This document shows, one piece after another, positions 9,223-16,722 of a stretch of 16,754 nucleotides of DNA. The translations under genes were made by a program, and so were the position numbers. This DNA comes from Anaerolineae bacterium. Lineage in GTDB: Bacteria > Chloroflexota > Anaerolineae > Anaerolineales > UBA11579. The notes under the pieces are model-generated. The model had not been told where the DNA came from, ran no database searches, and was given only the letters and a program-made list of their open reading frames with translations. The stretch is taken from assembly GCA_004297445.1 (NCBI GenBank), contig SCUK01000024.1, forward strand, positions 1 through 16,754, given 5' to 3'. The stretch's first letter is position 1. Every line of letters begins with the position of its first letter.

Positions 9223-9262
9223 AATAAGGGCGAGGTGAGGACCACGAAACAAGGAGCATCCC

Positions 9263-9535
9263 ATGAGCGCAAAACACCACTTCACCCAGGAACAGGCGAA
9301 GGAAATCGGCGACAAACTGGGCATCACCTGGGCGGCGTTTGACGTGGAGCAGTTCCGCATGGGGCTGAACGTGGAACTCGAACACGGCCTGCACGACCCG
9401 GCCACGGACGTGACCGGTAACGACCCGCTAACCACCGGCAAAATCGCCCTGGCGCACCTGAACGAATTCCCCGATTACTACACCCGCCTGGACAAAATGG
9501 AACGCGAAGCGAAACAGGAGTTGGGGTTGGAATAG
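9263..9535 (+). CDS. Small conserved hypothetical protein (possibly DUF5661-like)
   Basis: AAGGAG RBS lies 8 nt upstream. 90 aa: ...GLNVELEHGLHDPATDVTGNDPLTTGKIALAHLNEFPDYYTRLDKME... The family assignment is from memory only. Confidence 0.45.
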   Translation: MSAKHHFTQEQAKEIGDKLGITWAAFDVEQFRMGLNVELEHGLHDPATDVTGNDPLTTGKIALAHLNEFPDYYTRLDKMEREAKQELGLE

Positions 9536-9541
9536 GGGTGC

Positions 9542-9570
9542 TTGACCTATAGTACTATATACAGTATCAT
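9542..9570 (+). promoter_or_regulatory. Putative hicA promoter (-35 TTGACC, 17 nt, -10 TATCAT) overlapping a perfect 12-bp palindrome TATAGTACTATA (9548-9559)
   Basis: Read from the sequence. The palindrome sits between -35 and -10, a typical autoregulatory operator position for TA operons. Confidence 0.4.
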
Positions 9571-9583
9571 ATAGGCGGGTTGA

Positions 9584-9835
9584 ATGACCAAACGCGAAAA
9601 ACTGCTGGAACGCATCAAGAACAACCCCAAAGGGGTTTCGCCGGATGAACTGCACCAACTGCTCACCCACTTCGGATTTGCCCAGCGCAAATCCGGCGGC
9701 GGCTCCAGCCACCGCAATTACACCAAAGACGGCTGCCCGTATGTGCTTACCGTGCCGTTCAAGAAGCCGTTGAAAGCGGTGTATGTGATCAAGGCATTGC
9801 AGTTCATTGAAGAATATGGAAACACGGAAGAGTAA
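9584..9835 (+). CDS. hicA: HicA-family toxin-like protein (YcfA/HicA fold)
   Basis: 83 aa: ...LTHFGFAQRKSGGGSSHRNYTKDGCPYVLTVPFKKPLKAVYVIKALQFIE... The G-S-H motif and the TVP...LK...IK.L segments are HicA-like. It is followed by a HicB-like gene. Confidence 0.7.
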   Translation: MTKREKLLERIKNNPKGVSPDELHQLLTHFGFAQRKSGGGSSHRNYTKDGCPYVLTVPFKKPLKAVYVIKALQFIEEYGNTEE

Positions 9836-9868
9836 GGTGTGCTGATAGTTGAACAATCGCCCCCACCC

Positions 9869-9928
9869 TGTCATTCTGAGCGAGCGGCAGCAGCCAGTCC
9901 TGAACGCAGTGAAGGAAGCGAAGAATCT
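9869..9928. repeat. Short intergenic repeat copy B, split by an internal insertion of about 30 bp (TGTCATTCTGAGCGAGCG ... GAAGGAAGCGAAGAATCT)
   Basis: The 5' half (9869-9886) and 3' half (9911-9928) align to copy A at 8634-8660. It lies in the 170-bp hicA–hicB spacer. Confidence 0.55.
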
Positions 9929-10005
9929 ACCGGACAATCTAGAAGAACGACCGATTGCAGATCGAGATTGCATAAAGTAGCAACACAACTTGAGCGAGTG
10001 ACTAT

Positions 10006-10368
10006 ATGAAAAAGAAACTTGACCACTACCTTTCCTTGCCCTACAGCATCGAACTGACCCCCGACGAGGACGGCTGGGTGGCCGCCGTTAAAGAACTCCC
10101 CGGCTGCATCAGCCAGGGTGACACCCAGGTCGAAGCCCTGCAAATGATTCAGGATGCCATGCGCGGCTGGCTGGAAACCGCGCTGGAAGACGGCAAACCC
10201 ATCCCCGAACCGCGCCTGACGGACGATTACTCTGGCAAGTTTGTCGTCCGCGTCGCCAAGTCCCTGCACCGCCGCCTCGCCGAAGCTGCCGCCCAAGACG
10301 ACGTCAGCCTCAACCAGTATGTGGTTACTGCCCTCGCCAGCGCGGTCGGGATGAAGGTAAATAAGTAA
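10006..10368 (+). CDS. hicB: HicB-family antitoxin (RNase H-like N-domain + C-terminal RHH DNA-binding region)
   Basis: 120 aa: ...YSIELTPDEDGWVAAVKELPGCISQGDTQVEALQMIQDAMRGWLE... then ...GKFVVRVAKSLHRRLAEAAAQDDVSLNQYVVTALA (RHH-like). Confidence 0.8.
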   Translation: MKKKLDHYLSLPYSIELTPDEDGWVAAVKELPGCISQGDTQVEALQMIQDAMRGWLETALEDGKPIPEPRLTDDYSGKFVVRVAKSLHRRLAEAAAQDDVSLNQYVVTALASAVGMKVNK

Positions 10369-10369
10369 C

Positions 10370-11221
10370 ATGCCCGGTATATTATTTCGACGAATTCGGA
10401 TATTTCAGATTTCTGACCCACAATCGCGTGGAGTCCTAGATCAATTTCACGATTTCCGAATCGAGGTTGAACTTGATCCGGGAGAGCCCTATGCAATTGA
10501 GAAAAAGCTAGTCGTTGTATCACTTTTTGATGATGCCTATTATGCTCTTTCTTCTAGAGAAATTAATGACCCGAAGAGAGTAATAGAAGAGAAGGCTAGA
10601 ATCGCTCATTATGTCTCAACCCATATCGTAAGCCGATCTCCTCAAGAACTGGTGTCATTATTTCCGCTTCAGATGCAAGTAAGTGTTGAGGATGTGAGAC
10701 GGCTTCAAACTGTAGATCCAGAAAGAGTGGAGATTCAGACTTGGCACGAAATCAAAGTTGCTAAGGAGCCTGAGGGCCGTCGAGTCTTTATAAGTTGCGG
10801 CCAGTCAACAGAATACGAAAAAAATCTCGGTGAAACAATTTCGCGCCGAGTTAAAGAACAAACGGGGTTAGATGGATATTTTGCACAAAATCAACAAAGT
10901 CTAGAAGGGTTAACCCAGAATATCTTCAATGCTATTCATAATGCGGACGGGTTTATTGCAGTTATGCACAGGCGCGACAATCTCGATGGAAAGCGGGAGG
11001 AGTATCGAGGCTCTGTATGGGTTGAGCAAGAAATAGCAATTGCTGCATTTATGGTTCAGTCATTAGGACTGCGATTGCCCTTTAGGGTTTATGTTCAGAA
11101 AGGAATTCGTCGAGAAGGAGTTCGTGGGTTTATCTTGCTAAACCCGAAAGAGTTCGAGAAAGACGAGGAAGTTTTAACTGACCTAGAAGGATTCTGGCCC
11201 GAATTATTGGGTAGAGTGTAA
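10370..11221 (+). CDS. Hypothetical two-domain protein: N-terminal domain of unknown function + C-terminal TIR-like / nucleoside-2-deoxyribosyltransferase-like (flavodoxin-fold) domain with a candidate catalytic Glu
   Basis: The ATG lies 1 nt after the hicB stop. GC content drops abruptly here, from about 65% to about 43%. The C-terminal half RRVFISCGQSTEYEKNLGETISRRVKEQTGLDGYFAQ...IFNAIHNADGFIAVMHRR...YRGSVWVEQEIAIAAFM follows the TIR/DUF1863/NDT pattern: VFIS at the start, then G...YF, then I..AI..AD.FIAV, then W.E..IA. I cannot run a database search, so the family call is by pattern only. Confidence 0.55.
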   Translation: MPGILFRRIRIFQISDPQSRGVLDQFHDFRIEVELDPGEPYAIEKKLVVVSLFDDAYYALSSREINDPKRVIEEKARIAHYVSTHIVSRSPQELVSLFPLQMQVSVEDVRRLQTVDPERVEIQTWHEIKVAKEPEGRRVFISCGQSTEYEKNLGETISRRVKEQTGLDGYFAQNQQSLEGLTQNIFNAIHNADGFIAVMHRRDNLDGKREEYRGSVWVEQEIAIAAFMVQSLGLRLPFRVYVQKGIRREGVRGFILLNPKEFEKDEEVLTDLEGFWPELLGRV

Positions 11222-11262
11222 GCGAGCAGCTTAATTGAGCCGTTTTGCAGATTAGAGGAAAT

Positions 11263-11622
11263 ATGGTTATTGATCGAATATTACAGGTCGCACCTCCGGG
11301 CACAAGGATTCCGAAGCCAAGACAGAATGGATATTACATTGTAAAAGGGGATGGAATAAGAAGGAAGGAAAGAGCACTCATATATGAGTTCACAAATCGC
11401 TCGAACCCCGCTAAGCCGCACATAAAAGGAATAACAAATTCGGAATTTGAAATAAGTTTTGAACGCCTCGTAACTATCGGTGAGTTCAGCCGCAAGTGGT
11501 ATAAAGCCAAATTTCCGAAGGCGGCAAGACAGGATCCCTGTAACTTCACAACTATCGGGGGGCTATTCATATTGTTAGGGATTGCTACATACTCAAGCCC
11601 CGGAGTATATCTAAGAAGATAG
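11263..11622 (+). CDS. Small hypothetical protein (120 aa) with a single C-terminal hydrophobic segment, possibly a membrane anchor
   Basis: GAGG lies just upstream of the ATG at 11263. The ORF track starts at an in-frame TTG at 11245. The C-terminus ...CNFTTIGGLFILLGIATYSSPGVYLRR contains an about 17-aa hydrophobic stretch. The gene is low-GC like the gene before it. I recognise no family. Confidence 0.5.
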   Translation: MVIDRILQVAPPGTRIPKPRQNGYYIVKGDGIRRKERALIYEFTNRSNPAKPHIKGITNSEFEISFERLVTIGEFSRKWYKAKFPKAARQDPCNFTTIGGLFILLGIATYSSPGVYLRR

Positions 11623-11858
11623 ATTTTTCATTTCCCTCTCTCGCCTTCCCACCTCCCCGTCTTCCGTTAACATCCCTCCCTGAACCATTATCATAGAGGA
11701 ACCATGACCACCGAACGCGTCGCCGCACCTTCCCCTGCGCCGAATATTCACTTCTTTGCGCTCCTTGCGAGCGCTATGTTCACCGCCCTCTTCGCGTGAG
11801 ATGCATTCCATTCTCTTTGCGATACAATACCCGCCACACATTCCAGGGAGTCTTCGGC

Positions 11859-12371
11859 ATGTTCAATCTCGATCTCGCATCAGCATTGGAAATAGTCGCC
11901 CGATCATTGGCCGTGTATTTCGTTGTCCTCGTCGGTTTGCGGCTTGGCGGAAAGCGCGCAATCGGACAGATGACGGTCTTTGACCTGGTCGTATTGCTGT
12001 TGATCGCCAACGCGGTGCAAAACGCGATGGTCGGCCCGGATACCAGTCTGCTCGGGGGCATCTTGGCGGCGGTGGTGTTGCTGGTTGTTAATGCACTGGT
12101 CGCCCGCCTGCGAATGAGCTCGCCGCGTTTGCGCCGCTTGGTGGAAGGCTCGCCAACGCTGCTGGTATTACACGGGGAAGTCATCCCGGAGCACATGAGC
12201 CGGGAGGAAATCGATGAGGAATCCCTGATGGAGGCCCTACGCGAACATGGCGTGGCCGAACTCAGTGGGGTTGAAATGGCGGTACTGGAAATCGATGGGT
12301 CAATCAGCGTCATACCCGCGGGCGGGACGACTACACGGGTCAAGAAGCCGCGAAAACTTCTGCGACATTAA
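11859..12371 (+). CDS. DUF421 (YetF-like) family membrane protein
   Basis: AGGGAG lies 8 nt before the ATG at 11859. MFNLDLASALEIVARSLAVYFVVLVGLRLGGKRAIGQMTVFDLVVLLLIANAVQNAMVG is the N-terminal TM module typical of YetF/DUF421. It is followed by a soluble C-domain. The ORF track's longer 11796 start has no SD. Confidence 0.8.
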   Translation: MFNLDLASALEIVARSLAVYFVVLVGLRLGGKRAIGQMTVFDLVVLLLIANAVQNAMVGPDTSLLGGILAAVVLLVVNALVARLRMSSPRLRRLVEGSPTLLVLHGEVIPEHMSREEIDEESLMEALREHGVAELSGVEMAVLEIDGSISVIPAGGTTTRVKKPRKLLRH

Positions 12372-12482
12372 TAAGACGCATCATTGTTGCTTCAATCATC
12401 GCTGACCTTGAGGTTCGCGAACTCGCGATGGGCGAATTCGGATAGTATCGTGACCGCTGTGCTGGTGCAAGTAAAATAGGGT

Positions 12483-12893
12483 ATGCCCCATACCTACCTC
12501 AACCCCCTGCACCTCTTCAACAGCACGCAATACGGCTTTTCGCAGGTCGTTGCAACGCGTGGCGGCACCACCGTCTACATGTCCGGTCAGGTCGGCTGGG
12601 ATGAGAACGAAGCCATCGGCGCACCCGGTGACCTCGCCGAGCAAACCCGCCGCGCCCTGCTCAACCTGGAACGCGCCGTGCAGGCCGCCGGCGGCACGCG
12701 CGATGACGTCGTCAGTCTGCGCATCTACATCGTCGGCGAGCACATCCACAATGCCGCCGGAGTAAAAGAGGGCCTGCTAGCCTTCTTTAACCCGCGGCGT
12801 CTTCCGGCCAGCACCTGGGTCGGCGTGTCCGCCCTCGCCAGCCCGGACTTCCTCATCGAAATCGAAGCCATCGCCGTCATCGGAGCAGGCTGA
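12483..12893 (+). CDS. ridA: RidA/YjgF/TdcF family protein (reactive-intermediate/enamine deaminase-like)
   Basis: 136 aa: ...TRGGTTVYMSGQVGWDENEAIGAPGDLAEQTRRALLNLERAVQAAGGTRDDVVSLRIYI...PASTWVGVSALASPDFLIEIEAIAV is the classical YjgF/RidA pattern. Confidence 0.85.
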   Translation: MPHTYLNPLHLFNSTQYGFSQVVATRGGTTVYMSGQVGWDENEAIGAPGDLAEQTRRALLNLERAVQAAGGTRDDVVSLRIYIVGEHIHNAAGVKEGLLAFFNPRRLPASTWVGVSALASPDFLIEIEAIAVIGAG

Positions 12894-12896
12894 CGC

Positions 12897-13478
12897 GTGG
12901 CACAACCGCTCATCGTCATCGTCCCCTACCAGTCCGTCTGGCCGCAGGAATTCCGCCAGTTGGGCGGCATCCTCTGGAACGGCCTCCAGACGCTCGCCCT
13001 GCGCATTGACCACATTGGCTCCACCGCCGTGCCGGGGCTGGCTGCGAAAGACCGCATCGACATCCAGGTCACCGTCGCCGCCCTCTCGCCGGATGTGGAC
13101 GCCGCGCTCAACCGCATCGGCTACCGCAATCTTAAGGACTTCGTATCCGACCATGTGCCTCCCGGCTACCCCGCAGACCCGCAGCAATGGGCCAAATGGG
13201 TCTACGAGCCGCCCGCCGGGCAACGCCCCACCAACCTGCATGTGCGCGTGGAAGGGCGCGCCAACCAGCGTTACCCCTTGCTGTTTCGCGACTACCTGCG
13301 CGCCCATCCCGCCGCCGCCGAAGCCTACGCCCAGGTCAAAATCGCCCTGGCCGCCCGCCACCCGAACGACAAAGACGCCTACTACGCCGTCAAAGACCCG
13401 GTCTGCGACATCCTCATGGCCGCTGCCGAAGCCTGGGCAACCCAAACCGGCTGGCGTCCCCCGCCCAGCGATGCCTGA
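12897..13478 (+). CDS. grpB: GrpB family protein (UPF0157; nucleotidyltransferase-fold)
   Basis: GTG start 3 nt after the ridA stop, likely an operon. ...LRIDHIGSTAVPGLAAKDRIDIQV...LHVRVEGRANQRYPLLFRDYLRAHP... matches the GrpB pattern. Confidence 0.8.
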   Translation: MAQPLIVIVPYQSVWPQEFRQLGGILWNGLQTLALRIDHIGSTAVPGLAAKDRIDIQVTVAALSPDVDAALNRIGYRNLKDFVSDHVPPGYPADPQQWAKWVYEPPAGQRPTNLHVRVEGRANQRYPLLFRDYLRAHPAAAEAYAQVKIALAARHPNDKDAYYAVKDPVCDILMAAAEAWATQTGWRPPPSDA

Positions 13479-13690
13479 CGCCAAAGTTTGGACAGCGTGA
13501 ACGTGTCTCCTGAGGTCAGTACACCGTCAACCCATCCGGCGGGCTGGGCAGGAATTGCCCGTATGAAGTGAGCCTCGGGCTGGGGGCCTACTGGAATCTC
13601 GATATGGAACTTGCCCGTTCCTAAATCCTACAAAATCGTATATATTTGTGAAATTGGGAGAAATAACCGGGTGAGGTGGGAAGGATACCC

Positions 13691-14563
13691 ATGAAACAGA
13701 GTAGTAAGTTTTCCAGCATCATCATCGTATTGCTGTTGGCTAGCTTCGCGTGCAGCGTTGGCACCGGCGGGGCAGACACCGCGGCCACCGCAACGCAGAC
13801 CGTGCTGGACGCCAGCGCAACTGCGCTTGCCAGCCTGCCAACCGATACACCCCTGCCGCCCACCGAGACGGCGACCAACACACCGCTGCCGCCAACCGCC
13901 ACGCGCACGCCGCGTCCCACCGACCTGCCGGGCGTATCGGCGCCCATCGACTTTTCTCAGTTCAGTTCGGGCGACCATGTGTACACGACTGAGTTTGATA
14001 AGGGTCACTGGGAGGAAGGCTGGCTCGATTTCCCATTTTCTTTTGACGCTCGCTCCTCTGCGGACAAAGACTTCTCCGTGGATATGGGGGACGGATTCCT
14101 GACCATCAGCCTGGACGACCCATCCCTTGAAGTGTTCGTCTTCCATGAATTTGGAGAAGTGCCGCGTGGCGTGCCGGTATACATCGAGACCCGTGCCAAC
14201 AATCTTGGCCCCACCAAGACCAACAACATCAGCCTCTTCTGTCGAGCCTCGGATGTTGGGTGGTACGAGTTCTCCATCTCCAGCGGCGGCCTGTGGTTCA
14301 TCTGGCGCTTCACCGATGCTGACGGTTATGTCCTCTTGAACAACGGTGGGCTGCCGAACTACGACGTGAACGTGACCGAACACACCATTGGCGCCTCGTG
14401 CATTGATGATGAGTTGACCCTGTTCGTGGATGGCGAAATGCCCCGCAATGGCACCATCAGTGACGACACGCTGCGTGAGGGAATGGTCGGGATTGGCGTA
14501 TACGCCGCCGATATCCCGGATGTGAAAGTCGAATTCGACTACTTCACAATTTCCATCCCTTAA
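13691..14563 (+). CDS. Putative lipoprotein with Thr/Pro-rich repetitive linker and C-terminal jelly-roll-like domain
   Basis: GGAAGGA lies 5 nt before the ATG at 13691. MKQSSKFSSIIIVLLLASFAC is a signal peptide with a lipobox-like LASFAC. The linker DTPLPPTETATNTPLPPTATRTPRPT is a tandem peptide repeat. The ORF track's GTG at 13676 is an alternative start. Confidence 0.55.
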   Translation: MKQSSKFSSIIIVLLLASFACSVGTGGADTAATATQTVLDASATALASLPTDTPLPPTETATNTPLPPTATRTPRPTDLPGVSAPIDFSQFSSGDHVYTTEFDKGHWEEGWLDFPFSFDARSSADKDFSVDMGDGFLTISLDDPSLEVFVFHEFGEVPRGVPVYIETRANNLGPTKTNNISLFCRASDVGWYEFSISSGGLWFIWRFTDADGYVLLNNGGLPNYDVNVTEHTIGASCIDDELTLFVDGEMPRNGTISDDTLREGMVGIGVYAADIPDVKVEFDYFTISIP

Positions 14564-14590
14564 CTTAAGTTTCGGACTGCCCCAAAATGA

Positions 14591-14623
14591 GAGGTCCCGC
14601 TGCGCCGCCCGCAGCGGGACCTC
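14591..14623. terminator. Bidirectional hairpin terminator between convergent genes
   Basis: Perfect 14-bp stem GAGGTCCCGCTGCG / CGCAGCGGGACCTC with a 5-nt loop. TTT follows on the + strand. The complementary AAAA precedes it on the + strand, giving a U-run for the minus-strand transcript. Confidence 0.7.
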
Positions 14624-14632
14624 TTTCCCGCT

Positions 14633-16405
14633 CTAGTTCTTGTTCTTGCCCACCTGGTCCCTGAGCAGCATGCCCATCAGCGCTTCCACCAGCCCAGTGC
14701 TGCTGCCGTTGCCCCCGGTCACCGCCACATCCGGCACTACCCGCACATCGCCTTCGCCGATGATTTGCATCAGCTGCACCGCGGTAAAGGACTCTTTCCC
14801 CAGCGACTCAACCCCCTGGCGGTAGGCATCGCCCTTCGCCTGGCCGATGGCCCGAATGGCTTCGGCATCCGCCGCGGCGCGCAGCTTGGTGGACTGGGCC
14901 TCGCCGGTCGCCTTCTGGATCTGGGAGTTCGCTTGCAGTTCAGAGATGCGAACGCCCTGCTCAGATTGAACCATTTGCTGTTGGATATCCGCCTGGGCCG
15001 TCTCGCGAACCAGCTGCTGACGCTGCTTCTGCGCGTGTTCCTGGACCTCATAGGTCTTCTGCTGTTCCTCCGCAAGCTTGCGGTCGGTCAGCGTGGTCAT
15101 CAGCGATTCCGGTGGGTTGATGTCGCCGATCAGCGTGTCGATGGCCTGAACGTCATAGGTTCCAATCGCCCCGCGGATGTGACCCGCGGCTTCTTCCTGC
15201 CGTTCGCTGCGCGCGCCCAGAAAGTCCAGCACGGTGTAGTTCTGGGCCGCATTGCGGAAGTAGTTGCCCACAATCGGCTGCAGTACATGGTCTACCAGAT
15301 TCTGCATTGACCCGACCCGCGAGATGACCTTGGGTGCATCCAGCGCGCCGACATGGATGATTTGGGACACATCCAGATTGAAAGCGAAGCCGTCTTTCGA
15401 GCGCACGGTGATGGAAGACAACTTCGAGTCATAACTGTGCGCTTCGATGCGCGTGGCCCAGTTCAGCACGATGTTGGTCGTCGGCACCAGTTCCACTTTC
15501 AGCACCCGCACGTTTAGCGGGTGTTTGCCCGGGTAAAGCGGAAGCACCCACACGCCTTTGTGGCCGGGATTGACCAGGTCACCGTGTTTGAATTCCAGAC
15601 CGCTGACGTCTTCATGCGCCTTGCCCACGAAGGAAATCACCACGCCAACGTAACCGATTGGAATCTGGGTCATCGGAACCTGTTCCACCCGGGCAAACCA
15701 GGGGTTCAGGTTCCAGGTGCCGGAAAGCAGCACCTGTTCCTGCAGACCGCGGCAGCCGCCCCGGTCGATGAAGACCTGCGCGTTCTGAAAGCTTTCGTGA
15801 CCGGGGATGATCGCCCCGGCAATCTCGCCATGTTCAATGGCGGCGCCATCCAGGGTGGTAACGATCCCAACCATATCGGCTTCCACCCGATGCACCAGCA
15901 GGTCCTCCGGTTCCATGCCATTTTCGACGGCGCTGGCGGCGGTGATGACCTTGAACATGATGGTGTTGATTCGGTAGGTGCCGGCCGTGAGGATACTCAG
16001 CTGGCGGCCCTTTTCGCCACCGTTCTCCAGGAACTTGCGGGCATCTTGAAAGTTGTCGCAATCGGTTACCTGGCCCAGGATGCGGTTGGCCGGGATGGAA
16101 GCCCCGTCCGCGGCGACCACCAGACCGATTTCACCCTGTGGAATCACCACCACCGGCGCTTTCAGGATGTGATATTGCCAACGCCAGTAAAAGAAGTGAA
16201 GTCCGGGCGGCAGCGTTTCCGCCTGATAGCCTGCCTCGCCATTTAGCGCCACCAGTCGGCCGGCGGGCAGGCTGCGGGTGCTGAAGTTCTTGACCACGAT
16301 GCCTACCTGCCTGGCGCTGATGATAACCACTCCAAGCAGTGTCGGCGAGAGCAGCAGAAGCAGCCCCAGCACGACGAGCGCGATAGCCCAATAGGAATAC
16401 AACAT
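14633..16405 (-). CDS. SPFH/Band-7 (flotillin-like, YqiK-type) membrane protein
   Basis: AGGAGG lies 7 nt before the ATG at 16405 (MLYSYWAIALVVLGLLLLLSPTLLG..., an N-terminal TM). The ORF track's 16423 start lacks a comparable SD. An SPFH-like core is followed by a long Gln/Ala/Glu-rich coiled-coil tail (...QKQRQQLVRETAQADIQQQM...), typical of flotillin-like proteins. Confidence 0.85.
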   Translation of the reverse strand: MLYSYWAIALVVLGLLLLLSPTLLGVVIISARQVGIVVKNFSTRSLPAGRLVALNGEAGYQAETLPPGLHFFYWRWQYHILKAPVVVIPQGEIGLVVAADGASIPANRILGQVTDCDNFQDARKFLENGGEKGRQLSILTAGTYRINTIMFKVITAASAVENGMEPEDLLVHRVEADMVGIVTTLDGAAIEHGEIAGAIIPGHESFQNAQVFIDRGGCRGLQEQVLLSGTWNLNPWFARVEQVPMTQIPIGYVGVVISFVGKAHEDVSGLEFKHGDLVNPGHKGVWVLPLYPGKHPLNVRVLKVELVPTTNIVLNWATRIEAHSYDSKLSSITVRSKDGFAFNLDVSQIIHVGALDAPKVISRVGSMQNLVDHVLQPIVGNYFRNAAQNYTVLDFLGARSERQEEAAGHIRGAIGTYDVQAIDTLIGDINPPESLMTTLTDRKLAEEQQKTYEVQEHAQKQRQQLVRETAQADIQQQMVQSEQGVRISELQANSQIQKATGEAQSTKLRAAADAEAIRAIGQAKGDAYRQGVESLGKESFTAVQLMQIIGEGDVRVVPDVAVTGGNGSSTGLVEALMGMLLRDQVGKNKN

Positions 16406-16606
16406 GGTCAACCTCCTTTTCATTCTTTCACGAATCGAGCGAGAGGCGAGTGTTGCTAGCCGAAGTTCCCACTGGGCCGGTGTTCGTCTGAGGTCAGATA
16501 GGGAAAGAGACTGAATCTAGTGGACTGAGGAATCCCTCAACGCATCGATTCTACGCCTGAGGGCTGGCGTTGGATATCATAGAAAGTATGATGTCGGTCG
16601 GAAATG

Positions 16607-16650
16607 TCCCAATTATCCCAAGGCTCCCAATTACTGTGACTGTCCCATAA
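16607..16650. promoter_or_regulatory. Three direct repeats TCCCAATTA / TCCCAATTA / TCCCATAA with 18-bp spacing
   Basis: The words start at 16607, 16625 and 16643. They lie in the region upstream of the SPFH gene (divergent side) and of a possible + strand ORF starting at 16723. Confidence 0.35.
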
Positions 16651-16722
16651 ACGGTGGGTTTTGAGAAAAAGAAAGACCTCTTGTATGATTAGTTTGTCGA
16701 AACAATCCACAAGAGGCTTTCC

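Noticed and set aside
11780-12343. 187-aa minus-strand ORF opposite the DUF421 gene
   Set aside because: It fully overlaps the well-supported YetF-like gene on the + strand and has no RBS or recognisable domain.
12777-13484. 235-aa minus-strand ORF opposite grpB, and 13628..14383 - opposite the lipoprotein gene
   Set aside because: They overlap conserved-family genes on the + strand and have Gly/Arg/Val-rich antisense-type composition.
15521-16246. 241-aa + strand ORF inside the SPFH gene region
   Set aside because: It is antisense to a clear SPFH/flotillin-like protein whose start has a perfect AGGAGG RBS.
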